64,000 nucleotides of DNA from a virus. A program made the position numbers and the translations under genes. Below are positions 17,311 through 26,530 of the stretch, piece by piece. The notes under the pieces were generated by a model. The model did no database searches. It saw only the letters and a list, made by a program, of their open reading frames with translations, and was not told the origin of the DNA. The stretch's first letter is position 1; the number at the start of each line of letters is the position of its first letter. The stretch covers positions 32,001-96,000 of the IMG/VR virus record IMGVR_UViG_3300012347_000211. One strand, 5' to 3'.

Positions 17311-18771
17311 TTACTCCTTGAGTTGAATAGTATAAATTTTATATGGAAACTTCTCGCTACCGTATATCTTCATACGCTCTTCAAAGTGCTTGAGTGTATG
17401 ATTCTTGTACGTCTTCCAAGACAAATCGTCAGCGATGTCGTACAGGGTAGCTCGTTGCTTCCCTTCGCTTCTCCTCAAACCACGACCAACCGATTGCAGG
17501 TTACGTACTCGTGACTTTGATGGGCTCGCGAAGATGATGTTATGGATGTTCTTAATATTAACACCAGTAGAGAATGTGCCGCTAGAAGCGATGATGATTA
17601 CGTTATCGTTGCTCTCTGCAACTACACGAACGTCCTCTCTCAACTCCCCATCAACGTTTCCGTCAACGTACAGCATAATCTTGTCTTCTGGACTGCCGAA
17701 CATCTCCTGTAGTACTTTACCATGCTTTTCGACAAATTGGAACAGGATTAACGTATTACCTTTAAGAGAAAGTGCAAGATTTTTGATGAATCTGTTTCTA
17801 TGTTCGTTCATAACGATCCATTCGATCTCATCCTTGTACAGCGCCTTCTTCATTAGATTGCGGTTTATGTCGGTGTGTTGCAAGATGATACACTTGACGG
17901 TAAAGTCTGCAAGGTGCTTTTGCTCGATCAATTCTGCAGTGGTCGTCACTTTCTTCACAGGGCCAAAGATACCTTCCAGTACCAGCTTGTTTGTGTGAGT
18001 ACCATCAAGGGTACCAGTGAAGCCGAAACGATATTCGCAATCTGGCATCTTTGCCATGATGTCGGTCAGGCTGTTTGCCTTAAACAGATGCGCCTCGTCT
18101 CCGATCACAACATCGAACTGATCGAACCATTGCTTTGGCATCTTGTAGATTGACTGCCAAGTGGAGATCACAACTCGGTGATTCGTTTCCTTTTCGACGC
18201 CAGCTGTAATCTTATGAGCGATTCCTTTTGCATACTTGGAGTATGATTCGAAGTCCGATGCCATCTGATGAACGAGAGACGTTGTAGGAACGACGATCAA
18301 AGCCTTCTTTTCTACCCTCGTCAATGCGTACATCATCGTGACGAAAATAATAAAACTCTTACCAGACGCGGTAGGGGATAGCATCAACGCGCGTTTATTC
18401 CGTATAGCGTGGATAATCGCGGCCAATTGGTAGTCTCTAGGTGGAAGAGTAAGCTCTAATTTATCACAGAACGTCAATGCATCCTGTTGTGAGAATTCTT
18501 CGCCGGAGAAATCCGAGCGATACCCAACGCTGTATCCACGATCAGCAGCGAACTGCTCGATGTATCCACGCAATCCAGCATAGATGTATCTTGTGTTGAG
18601 GTTATACAGTCTGATCTTTCCGTCCCACATCTTGGCTTTGACCTTGGGATGGAACTTGGCTCCAGGAACCGTGAATGTAAAGTATTCACTCAGCTCGTAC
18701 GCTGTTCCCTTGTCCTCGGTGTGTACTTTAATGTATACACTATTGATCTTCTCTATCTCTATGTCCGCCAT
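17311..18771 (-). CDS. uvsW: SF2 DNA helicase UvsW
   Basis: 'PRDYQ', 'SPTASGKS', 'DEAH', 'TGT', 'QSVGRGLR'. Start ATG 18771. Confidence 0.95.
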   Translation of the reverse strand: MADIEIEKINSVYIKVHTEDKGTAYELSEYFTFTVPGAKFHPKVKAKMWDGKIRLYNLNTRYIYAGLRGYIEQFAADRGYSVGYRSDFSGEEFSQQDALTFCDKLELTLPPRDYQLAAIIHAIRNKRALMLSPTASGKSFIIFVTMMYALTRVEKKALIVVPTTSLVHQMASDFESYSKYAKGIAHKITAGVEKETNHRVVISTWQSIYKMPKQWFDQFDVVIGDEAHLFKANSLTDIMAKMPDCEYRFGFTGTLDGTHTNKLVLEGIFGPVKKVTTTAELIEQKHLADFTVKCIILQHTDINRNLMKKALYKDEIEWIVMNEHRNRFIKNLALSLKGNTLILFQFVEKHGKVLQEMFGSPEDKIMLYVDGNVDGELREDVRVVAESNDNVIIIASSGTFSTGVNIKNIHNIIFASPSKSRVRNLQSVGRGLRRSEGKQRATLYDIADDLSWKTYKNHTLKHFEERMKIYGSEKFPYKIYTIQLKE

Positions 18772-19205
18772 TATGCTCCGTTCTGGAACTTCGCCCAATC
18801 GATCGCAGCTTTGATCTGGAATCCTCTATTAGTGAGACTCTTGATGGCTGACTCCAAGAACGTAATCTTTTCCTCTTGGATATCGATCTTCATCTGAATC
18901 AGTTGCAGTTCCTTATCACCATCGATGTGGACAGGAATATCGGTTCGCAAGATCTTCAGTGGGTTTGGTTCCCATTGGCGTTCACGAAGGGTCTCTTCGT
19001 CGAGTGTGCCGTTGTAGTACTGGAACTTGTCCTTGTACAGTTGCTTGTAATCGGCCTGGTACTTCTTCAATACCAGGCGTTCGTTTGAGTAGAGTTTGAA
19101 ATACTTTGAATGCAACTGAGGGATGCGTAGACTCTCTTCGCCTAGTTCAGTGCGATCAATATCAGAGTCAGTTTCCCAGAGTTGTTGGATGTCTTCCAGT
19201 TTCAT
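18771..19205 (-). CDS. uvsY: Recombination mediator UvsY
   Basis: 'W..DS.ID...L..ESL.IPQLHSKY', 'RGFQIKAAIDW.KF..G'. Confidence 0.9.
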   Translation of the reverse strand: MKLEDIQQLWETDSDIDRTELGEESLRIPQLHSKYFKLYSNERLVLKKYQADYKQLYKDKFQYYNGTLDEETLRERQWEPNPLKILRTDIPVHIDGDKELQLIQMKIDIQEEKITFLESAIKSLTNRGFQIKAAIDWAKFQNGA

Positions 19206-19231
19206 GTGTTTTCCATAACAAATAAGAGCCA

Positions 19232-19260
19232 ATTATCACCGAAAGTGATACAAAAGTCAA
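19232..19260 (-). promoter_or_regulatory. Sigma70-type promoter TTGACT-N17-GATAAT upstream of uvsY
   Basis: Minus strand TTGACTtttgtatcactttcggtGATAAT. Confidence 0.6.
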
Positions 19261-19263
19261 CAG

Positions 19264-19785
19264 TTACGCTGCAATTATTTCGTATTTCTGCAGGGCAAAA
19301 GTAGCAGTAGCTTCGACGTAGCTGACGTCGGTCTGACGCGAGTCGAATGTGATTGGTGACAAATCGACTGGGAATATGTTTTTGAACGTCACTTGCTTGA
19401 GTGGGTTCATTGAGCTGCTCATAATAACGAGTGTTGCATCGGACACCAGACCTTTACCAGTCGACGTGCCATTACTAGCGAGCGACTTATATTGATCGAA
19501 GTTGTCTGGGAATCCAATACCCATCATCCAATCGTAGATGTCCATGTAGTTTCTCATCTTCTCGTCCACCTTAAATGTAACGGAGAATGAAGAGAATTCA
19601 AGATGATCGCCAGGAAGTGGCAATCGGATGAATGGCGTAGGCATTGCACTTTGGCCAAGCGTAATTGAAGGCAACGTGACTGATTGCACGAAGTAATTGA
19701 TATCAGGTGAACGTCGGATGTTGAACCTGAATCCCAACGGGGACAGGAAGTTCATCGATTCTGTTTGTCTGTCTAGTACGCTCAA
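19264..19785 (-). CDS. gp3: Tail completion / tube terminator (T4 gp3-like)
   Basis: 'NFLSPLGFRF', 'VDE.M.NY..IYDWM', 'FP..LS...FD'; TTG start after GGAG. Confidence 0.85.
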   Translation of the reverse strand: MSVLDRQTESMNFLSPLGFRFNIRRSPDINYFVQSVTLPSITLGQSAMPTPFIRLPLPGDHLEFSSFSVTFKVDEKMRNYMDIYDWMMGIGFPDNFDQYKSLASNGTSTGKGLVSDATLVIMSSSMNPLKQVTFKNIFPVDLSPITFDSRQTDVSYVEATATFALQKYEIIAA

Positions 19786-19817
19786 TTGTTATCTCCAAAG
19801 TTGTGTTCTATTTATCC

Positions 19818-19844
19818 AATAAAAAAGGGCCCCGAAGGGCCCTT
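19818..19844 (-). terminator. Rho-independent terminator after gp23 (C-UUCG-G tetraloop)
   Basis: Minus strand AAGGGCCC-TTCG-GGGCCCTT-TTTTATT. Confidence 0.9.
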
Positions 19845-19873
19845 GAAATTACCTGTCTTCGCAGGCTTATTTT

Positions 19874-21220
19874 TTAGAGGATGTTATCCACCATCACACG
19901 GCGGTAGTAGCCGTTGCTGTCCTTAGTAAGAACGCCAAGTTGTTCTGCAGGTGTGAATGCACCGTTAGACTCTGTCACGCCAGCGAATGGGTTTGCAACC
20001 ATGCCGTAACGTGTCTTGAAGCCGATCTTAGGTTGGAAAGTCGATTGATCGACTGCGCGAACCATTTGCAATGGAACGTATGGGCAGTAGAACAAACCAG
20101 CGTCGAATGCCGATGCACCCTTGTAACCAACAGTCAAGTAGTTACCGGTTGTGTATGGATCGATGTACACGCGGATACGACCGTTCAACACGCCAGCGAA
20201 TGTAGCGCCAGTGTCATCAACGTTCAAGTTGTTGCTGTTCAAAGCAGGAGCGTAGTCAAGAACGCCAGCCATTTGAAGTGCCGAAGCGACGTCAGACGAG
20301 CAGATCAAGATGTTACCCTTACCACGACGAGTTGCCTTAGCAATCGCGTTAGCTTCACGTTCGATTTGGAACATCAAGCCCTTGAACTTTTCAACAGACC
20401 AACGACCGTTAGCGTCAACGTCCAAGTCGAAACGACCAGCAGTTGTAGTACCGGTAGAAGCGCCGCGCAAAGCAGTCACGTTAACCGAGCGAACAACTTC
20501 GCGGTTGATTTCAGCCAAGATTTCAGTTGTCAAGATGTTTGACAATTCTGTTTCTGCGTCAAGACCGTGGATAGCCTTCAAGTCTTGAGCGAGTTCCATT
20601 GTGTACTCGGCCTTTAGAGCGCGTGTACCAGCAGTAACGGAAACTTTCTCGATCGAGAATGCCATTTCTGGGAATGTAACAGAGCTATTACCCAAGCCTT
20701 CAGCAGTAGCGGTAGCCATGCCTGTGCCGTAGTTATAGATGCCAGTCTCAGCCAAGTTAGCAGTACCGGTAGTAGTGTTACCAGGAACAGTACCAACGTG
20801 CTTCAAGCCGATTGTGTTAGCGCCAGAAACGCTTGTAGCGAATGCAGTATCAGCTTCGTTGTAGAAAGCCTCAGTGCCGCCTTGTGTGCTATAGCGAGCG
20901 CGCATAGCGAAGATCAAGCCTGTTGGGCCAGTCATCGGTTGTACGCCAGCGATGTCGTAAGCGATCAAGTTAGGCATTGCACGACGAACCAAGCTAATCA
21001 AAACTGGGTCGAAGTTGTCAACGGCAGAACCTGTTGCGTTTACGTGGTTTGCTTCTGTCAAGAACTGACCACCCATTTGGCCAGATTCACGCAGAGCGCG
21101 TTCAGTGTTTTCCAAGAGAACAGCAGTTACACCACGCTTGTGAGCATCTTTGATCTGTGGAAGATCTTCGTGCTCAATAACAGGTGCCCACTTTTTTTGG
21201 ACGTCTTCAGATAGGTACAT
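19874..21220 (-). CDS. gp23: Major capsid protein (T4 gp23)
   Basis: 'DPVLISLVRRAMPNLIAYD..GVQPMTGPTGLIFAMR', 'RALKAEYTMELAQDLKAIHGLDAE', 'FQPKIGFKTRYG'. Confidence 0.98.
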   Translation of the reverse strand: MYLSEDVQKKWAPVIEHEDLPQIKDAHKRGVTAVLLENTERALRESGQMGGQFLTEANHVNATGSAVDNFDPVLISLVRRAMPNLIAYDIAGVQPMTGPTGLIFAMRARYSTQGGTEAFYNEADTAFATSVSGANTIGLKHVGTVPGNTTTGTANLAETGIYNYGTGMATATAEGLGNSSVTFPEMAFSIEKVSVTAGTRALKAEYTMELAQDLKAIHGLDAETELSNILTTEILAEINREVVRSVNVTALRGASTGTTTAGRFDLDVDANGRWSVEKFKGLMFQIEREANAIAKATRRGKGNILICSSDVASALQMAGVLDYAPALNSNNLNVDDTGATFAGVLNGRIRVYIDPYTTGNYLTVGYKGASAFDAGLFYCPYVPLQMVRAVDQSTFQPKIGFKTRYGMVANPFAGVTESNGAFTPAEQLGVLTKDSNGYYRRVMVDNIL

Positions 21221-21259
21221 AGTTTCCCCTTCTTTCTAGTTAAATAATTGGGTTAATGA

Positions 21260-21267
21260 TATTTATA
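21260..21267 (-). promoter_or_regulatory. T4-type late promoter TATAAATA upstream of gp23
   Basis: Exact T4 late consensus; gp55 is encoded in the window. Confidence 0.8.
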
Positions 21268-21272
21268 AACTT

Positions 21273-22292
21273 TTATTTCTTGACCGTACGAGAAATAGCT
21301 GACACGTAGTTGGCAACTGGACCTGCGGTCTTAGTTGGTGCAACTTCTTCTGTCAAATCTACCATCTCACGCTCTTCGATCAATTGTGCTGGAGCAGCTT
21401 TCTTCTCACCGAAGTATTGCTCTTTAACCATTTGCAACTTAGCTGCATATGTATCAGCATCTGAAAACTCTACGCCTTCAGCCAATGTACGGAACTTCTC
21501 TACTTGGGTCATTGCGAGACCTTCAGCGACGTCACCGAACACGTCTTCTTTGACGCTTTCTTCTAGAGCAGCAGTCAGAGTGATGTTCTCGTCGAGGACA
21601 GCATTCAATTGCGCTTCTACTTCTTCCAACTGAGCTGCGAGTTCTTCAACTACGCTAACTTGTTCGTCTGGAAGGTTGATGTGGGATTCTTCGAACACAC
21701 GCTTGATGTTACCGATCAAGTCTTCTGTCAATTCGGTGCGGAGCGATTGCTCTACAGCGACGCGGTTTTCTTCCAACCACTCTTTGACAACGTAAGAAAG
21801 ATAGTCGTCTACTTTAGCAGACACTTCTTCGATCAACTCTGCCTTAGCAGCTTCGAAGCTTTCTTGTAGTTCGGTTTCCTTAGCTTGGAATTCTTCTTCC
21901 AAGGTTGTACGCTCTTCAGCGATACGGGATGCAACAGCTGCCTCGAATAGAGTAGATGCTTGCACCTTGAAGTCTTCAGACAATTCAAAGCCGTCAAGCA
22001 TTGCTGCCACATCTTCTTTTACAGTAGATGAAGCTGCGCTTGGCTTAGTAGCGATCGATGCTTTGTTCGATGCTGCTTTGTCGCCTGTAGGCTTAGTGTT
22101 GTTTTCGCTATCTGTATCTTCGATAGCTGTGTTGGAAGGGTCTTCGACTTTTTGCATCGCGTCGCCTTGCTTCTTCGAATTTGGCAGCGTAGCGGTTCCA
22201 CCAGTTGCATCAGCAGCTTTTGAAACGCCAGTAGCGCCTCCGCCGACAGCAACAGCTTCATCGATAGTAGCCAGTAGGTCTTTCTTTGCCAT
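21273..22292 (-). CDS. gp22: Prohead core scaffold (T4 gp22)
   Basis: 'LSEDFK.QASTLFEAAV', 'VDDYLSYVV.EWLEEN..AVE'; synteny. Confidence 0.92.
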   Translation of the reverse strand: MAKKDLLATIDEAVAVGGGATGVSKAADATGGTATLPNSKKQGDAMQKVEDPSNTAIEDTDSENNTKPTGDKAASNKASIATKPSAASSTVKEDVAAMLDGFELSEDFKVQASTLFEAAVASRIAEERTTLEEEFQAKETELQESFEAAKAELIEEVSAKVDDYLSYVVKEWLEENRVAVEQSLRTELTEDLIGNIKRVFEESHINLPDEQVSVVEELAAQLEEVEAQLNAVLDENITLTAALEESVKEDVFGDVAEGLAMTQVEKFRTLAEGVEFSDADTYAAKLQMVKEQYFGEKKAAPAQLIEEREMVDLTEEVAPTKTAGPVANYVSAISRTVKK

Positions 22293-22318
22293 TTGGTTCT
22301 CCTAAAAAGATTTACTTT

Positions 22319-22326
22319 TATTTATA
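22319..22326 (-). promoter_or_regulatory. Late promoter TATAAATA upstream of gp22
   Basis: Exact consensus in the intergenic gap. Confidence 0.75.
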
Positions 22327-22336
22327 TGACCGTGAT

Positions 22337-22981
22337 TTACAGTTGTGTTAGGAAGCGTCTAAACAACTCAGACTTAACTTCGTCGAGACGAATTGCTGGG
22401 GTTGCTTCGATGGTCTTCTTCATCTCGTCGATGTGCTGAGCCTTAATGAGACCGTTGTCCCATACCCACTCAACACCTTCCATAATTCCCTGAACGAATG
22501 CGTCAGGTGCTGATGGTTCTGCTACAATGTCTGCAGCAGTGGCGAGATAGAAGTCGTCCTGTACTTCCATGATTCCGTTTACTTCTTTCAGAGATCCCAT
22601 GCCGCGTGTAGAGACACCAAGGCAAACTCCGCTTTCAATCAACTTACGAGCAATGTTGCCCATAGGAGTATCTAGTACGAGTGCTTTGCCGTAGAAGTCG
22701 TTGCCGTTTTGCTTTAGCTCGACAATCTTGTGTGATACGCGGTCTAGGTTAATCGATGGACCATTAGGATGGCCGAGTTCGCCTAGAGCTCTGTTTTCGT
22801 TAATGTACTTCTTCGTGTAGCGGTCGATCTCGCGTTCCAGAGTTTCCACTCTGTACTTGCGGCCGTTGCCGTTTACACGTTCTGCTTGCAAGAAGATACC
22901 TTCGATGTAGAGGTTCTTCTTACCTGATTTTTCTTCGACAATAAATTTAATGTCTGAGACTTCTTCTGTGAACAGTTTCAT
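22337..22981 (-). CDS. gp21: Prohead protease (T4 gp21)
   Basis: 'YIEGIFLQAE..NGNGR.Y', 'ALGELGHP', 'GVSTRGMGS', 'ADIVAEPSAPDAFV'. Confidence 0.95.
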   Translation of the reverse strand: MKLFTEEVSDIKFIVEEKSGKKNLYIEGIFLQAERVNGNGRKYRVETLEREIDRYTKKYINENRALGELGHPNGPSINLDRVSHKIVELKQNGNDFYGKALVLDTPMGNIARKLIESGVCLGVSTRGMGSLKEVNGIMEVQDDFYLATAADIVAEPSAPDAFVQGIMEGVEWVWDNGLIKAQHIDEMKKTIEATPAIRLDEVKSELFRRFLTQL

Positions 22982-22991
22982 GTTCGAGTCC

Positions 22992-23255
22992 TTATGTGAA
23001 CGAGATTGGAGTTGCGACTGCAGAGCTCGATGTGTTGACTGCGATCAGGTCAGTCGGAGACTTGACGAGAACGATAGCGGAGTCACCTGTACCAAGGAAG
23101 ATGGTACCAATCGTTGTGCCGTTTGCGTACTGACGTGATACCAATACGTTAGCCGCTGCAATCAACGACACACGAACACAAGAGGCAGAACCAACTGTAT
23201 TACCAGTGCTGGTGAGGGCGACTTGTTCACCTACAATCTTGATTGTATCTGCCAT
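22992..23255 (-). CDS. Small beta-rich hypothetical (probable virion) protein
   Basis: 87-aa ORF within the head operon. Confidence 0.6.
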   Translation of the reverse strand: MADTIKIVGEQVALTSTGNTVGSASCVRVSLIAAANVLVSRQYANGTTIGTIFLGTGDSAIVLVKSPTDLIAVNTSSSAVATPISFT

Positions 23256-23257
23256 GA

Positions 23258-24058
23258 TTATTCCTCTGCAGATGCTTCAGCGATTGCTTCGTCGATCATA
23301 GCGAGTACTTCCGCGCATCCTTCTTCTGACTCGATCAACGACAGGAACTCTTCACGCTCTTCTTCGGTTTCGAATCCTTCGAGGATTACATTGAGGAAGT
23401 CAGCAGCATCGACATCTTCTGTCAATTCAACTTCTTCTCTCATCGCAGCGTACTTCTTTTGCATAGCAGCATCTGCCTTAGCATATTCGCCTGTCTCTGC
23501 AAGACGGTCGTGGATGTCGCGCAATTGATCGTGCACACCACGAACGTCGCCTACATGGCCCCAGTGAATGTTGTCACCTCTAGCCTTGCTGCTTGTGTCT
23601 AGGTGCTTACCGATACTGTCGAGCAAGCCTTTAGCTTGAGCGTGGTATTCGTGGTAGCGCTTCTGTGCGTCTTCACCTTCGTCGATTTGTTCGACGTCTT
23701 CAGCAACGCGCTTAGCAGTCGCAGTGGCGATTGCCATCTTCTTGCTCTTGTCCATGCCTGGAGTCTCGCGTTCCATTGCCTTAGCAATTTGCTCGCGCTT
23801 CTTCAGCTCAGCTGGAGTAAGAGTCTTCTCATCGACTTGTTGTACGTCTTCGTATACAGCTTCGTCATTGCCAGTACTGTGGCCATGATTCTCGCCTTCG
23901 CGTTCAACAGACTTGATGTTGGTGGCTTTGAATAGTTTGTCGTCTTCAGATGGCTTGTCGAGCTTCTTTGTGTCTACGGCATGCTTCTTGACAAAACGCT
24001 CTGTGTCGTTTGTCATATACATCTTAGACTGTTCTAGAATGTTATTGAGCGATTTCAT
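23258..24058 (-). CDS. Prohead core/internal-protein-like hypothetical protein
   Basis: Highly charged, many hydrophobic-X-E sites; sits in the gp67/gp68 position. Confidence 0.6.
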   Translation of the reverse strand: MKSLNNILEQSKMYMTNDTERFVKKHAVDTKKLDKPSEDDKLFKATNIKSVEREGENHGHSTGNDEAVYEDVQQVDEKTLTPAELKKREQIAKAMERETPGMDKSKKMAIATATAKRVAEDVEQIDEGEDAQKRYHEYHAQAKGLLDSIGKHLDTSSKARGDNIHWGHVGDVRGVHDQLRDIHDRLAETGEYAKADAAMQKKYAAMREEVELTEDVDAADFLNVILEGFETEEEREEFLSLIESEEGCAEVLAMIDEAIAEASAEE

Positions 24059-24308
24059 CTTTTTCCTCTTCGTTGTCGGTAACCTGTTCGGTATCGGACT
24101 GCTCGTCGTCTTGAGTTGCTTCGTCCGATTGCGCTACAGGCTCAACTTCTGGCTTACCGAAGTAGTTCTGAGCGACTTCATGTTTCGTTGCATCGATGGT
24201 GTCCACCAATTTAGGGGCCATCAGCTGGTTGAAAATTTCTTTGGCCTTAACTGCATCACCTGCAATAGAAGCTCTTACGTAATCTTGGGTTGTGTATTCT
24301 GTAGTCAT
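24042..24308 (-). CDS. Prohead core protein (gp67-like)
   Basis: Small acidic protein directly after the portal gene. Confidence 0.55.
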   Translation of the reverse strand: MTTEYTTQDYVRASIAGDAVKAKEIFNQLMAPKLVDTIDATKHEVAQNYFGKPEVEPVAQSDEATQDDEQSDTEQVTDNEEEKDEIAQ

Positions 24309-24329
24309 ATTAACTCCGCATTATTTATG

Positions 24330-25904
24330 TCATTGTTTATTCGGCTGTGCTGGCGAACCTTGTTGGTCTTGCTCTAGCTCAGGAGGGTAATAAATTTGAT
24401 TGCTCTGTTCTTTTTTGATCAGTGCATCTTCTTTCTTGATATCGTCGTCCGTCTGCAACAAGATTTTTCTACGTACCCAGTCATGCGAATAGTACTTGCC
24501 AATCACTTCGCTGGCTTGTAGTTGTTGTAGAGTTGTAAGACGCTCTCTCAAGATCTCAGACTCTTTCAGTTCAGCAAAGAAGTTATCTCTTGCGAATACG
24601 AACTTAATCAGAGGTGCAATTGTTTTCCACTCTTCGGCAGTAGTCACTTGCTTGAGGACCAGTTGCTTCTCGAGTGCTTTAATAAACAAGTGGCTGAATC
24701 GACTGCGCAGGCGGTCAATCATTTTAGAGAACTTAACTTCGTCTCTTGTAATCTCAGACGCACGTCCCATATTGAACGCGTTGTCAGATTGGAGGCGAGA
24801 TGAAGGTACGTTCAATGACTCGTAAAGTTTTCGTTGGAAGTATTCGACGTCTGTCATCTCGCCAAGGTTTTGACCACCAGCTAGTGTAGAGATCTCAGTG
24901 CCTCTACCACCCTCACGACGAGGGAGCCAGTAATCTTCAAGCATCGTCATAAACTTACGATCGTCTCTGATTTCACCAGTTGCCGAATCGTATACGACTT
25001 TGTTCTTGTGACGGACCATCATATCACGTAGATATTGTTCCGCCTTCATCTTTGGCAAGTTACCCACGTCGATGTAGAACACACGACGTTCTGGAGCACG
25101 CGCAATGCGATAGATGACGCTTGCGTCTTCTAGTGATCTCAGATTGTTTAGGGGCTTGATTGCTGAGTGCAGGTTCGACAACACGAGTGTGTTTGTCTTA
25201 TCGAGGATACCTGACGTGCAATGAATGATACTATCTTTTGTGATCTTCATTCCTGTAGTAGCGCTCGTTTGCGCACCAGCTACGGAAGATCCAGTAGTAT
25301 TGAAGCCACGCTCGTTGTACACAAAGTACTCGGCGGCCTTTTCAGTGATGGTGGCAGAATTATTATTGTTGCCAACCTTCTTTTTCTTGGTCTCTTTGAC
25401 CTTCTTGATCTTTCTAGGATCAATGTATCGTAGTTCTTGAATGCCATCATTCGGGGCATTCTTATCAATAACTACTTGGTAGTACAATCTACCATCAACG
25501 TACCAGCGTCTGAAGATGTCATAAGCCTGGTTGTTGAAATCAAGCATCGTGAGAATGTTTTGAAATTCTTCATCGATTACTTTTTTGATGTTGTCCGGTA
25601 AGTCTTTTACTTTATCAAGGTCGATCTTTACAGTATCTTCCTCTTCGTCAGTTACAATAGATTCTTGCACGACGTCGTCAACTGCACGTTCCACTTCTGG
25701 ATGCATTGACATTTCACGGTACTTAGTTACAAGTTCTGCTTCATTTTTCGCTGATCCTTCAAGATCAACCACCGTGCCCATCGTGCCGCCACTAGCGACA
25801 ACTAACGCACCATCATCATCTAATTGAGGGACGATCGCATCCAGCTCCTGCACGGGAGCAGCTGCACCAGCTCTCTTAATCTCAAAGCCTAAAAAATTTG
25901 CCAA
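24330..25904 (-). CDS. gp20: Portal protein (T4 gp20)
   Basis: 'IYRIARAPERRVFYIDVGNLPK.KAEQYL', 'MLEDYWLPRREGGRGTEI', 'ITRDEVKFSK'. Confidence 0.98.
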   Translation of the reverse strand: MANFLGFEIKRAGAAAPVQELDAIVPQLDDDGALVVASGGTMGTVVDLEGSAKNEAELVTKYREMSMHPEVERAVDDVVQESIVTDEEEDTVKIDLDKVKDLPDNIKKVIDEEFQNILTMLDFNNQAYDIFRRWYVDGRLYYQVVIDKNAPNDGIQELRYIDPRKIKKVKETKKKKVGNNNNSATITEKAAEYFVYNERGFNTTGSSVAGAQTSATTGMKITKDSIIHCTSGILDKTNTLVLSNLHSAIKPLNNLRSLEDASVIYRIARAPERRVFYIDVGNLPKMKAEQYLRDMMVRHKNKVVYDSATGEIRDDRKFMTMLEDYWLPRREGGRGTEISTLAGGQNLGEMTDVEYFQRKLYESLNVPSSRLQSDNAFNMGRASEITRDEVKFSKMIDRLRSRFSHLFIKALEKQLVLKQVTTAEEWKTIAPLIKFVFARDNFFAELKESEILRERLTTLQQLQASEVIGKYYSHDWVRRKILLQTDDDIKKEDALIKKEQSNQIYYPPELEQDQQGSPAQPNKQ

Positions 25905-25920
25905 TTGATAACTCCATAGG

Positions 25921-25946
25921 GAAAGCCGGCGCGGGCGCCGGCCTTC
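25921..25946 (-). terminator. GC-rich hairpin between gp19 and gp20 (weak terminator/attenuator)
   Basis: Minus strand GCCGGCG-CCCG-CGCCGGC followed only by TTTCCC. Confidence 0.5.
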
Positions 25947-25953
25947 GGTTTAA

Positions 25954-26505
25954 TTAGGCGCCGCCGGCGTTGCCAGTGATGCCCCCAGAAACTTCCCACC
26001 AGTCGTAGGCGAAAGTAACTGAGAATTCTTCAATAGTATCAGTTGAGTTCCAATCGAGGTCGATTGTTGATACTTCAGTTGGGAAGATACCACGGAACGC
26101 ATACTCGCGGATTGGCAAGCCAGTCTTTGAGAATTGTGTTACAGTAGCGTCTGATTTATACTGCAAGGGGCTTGCAGATCCGAACGCGCGAATGTTTCCT
26201 TCGAACGTGTTGATCTGGTTGGACCACTCTTCCAGTGCGTTTCTAATCAAGAAGTCTTCGTCGTTGATAACTTGCACAGACCACGTAGCGTATGTACGAT
26301 CGCCAGCCAAGCGAACCTTACGACCGAAGTATGGAACTTCGATAACACCCAAGGTTGCAGCTGGGATTGTTGTAGCACGTGCCATGAAAGGCAACTTCAA
26401 GTCGCCCGACGCGTTGGTCGGGTTGCTGAACTGTACTTGGAAAAGGGAGTTACGAGCTCCCCCCAAGACGAGTTGACTTCTGATCTCATTTACATTAAAG
26501 GCCAT
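25954..26505 (-). CDS. gp19: Tail tube protein (T4 gp19)
   Basis: 'GGAR.SLF', 'PYFGR.V.LAGDRT...W', 'IEEFSVTF.YDWW'. Confidence 0.95.
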   Translation of the reverse strand: MAFNVNEIRSQLVLGGARNSLFQVQFSNPTNASGDLKLPFMARATTIPAATLGVIEVPYFGRKVRLAGDRTYATWSVQVINDEDFLIRNALEEWSNQINTFEGNIRAFGSASPLQYKSDATVTQFSKTGLPIREYAFRGIFPTEVSTIDLDWNSTDTIEEFSVTFAYDWWEVSGGITGNAGGA

Positions 26506-26530
26506 TTGTTTTCTCCTCTACCTATTTAGA

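Noticed and set aside
19850-19870. Small CCTG/CAGG hairpin after the gp23 stop
   Set aside because: The short stem is too weak to call; the clear terminator is at 19818-19844.
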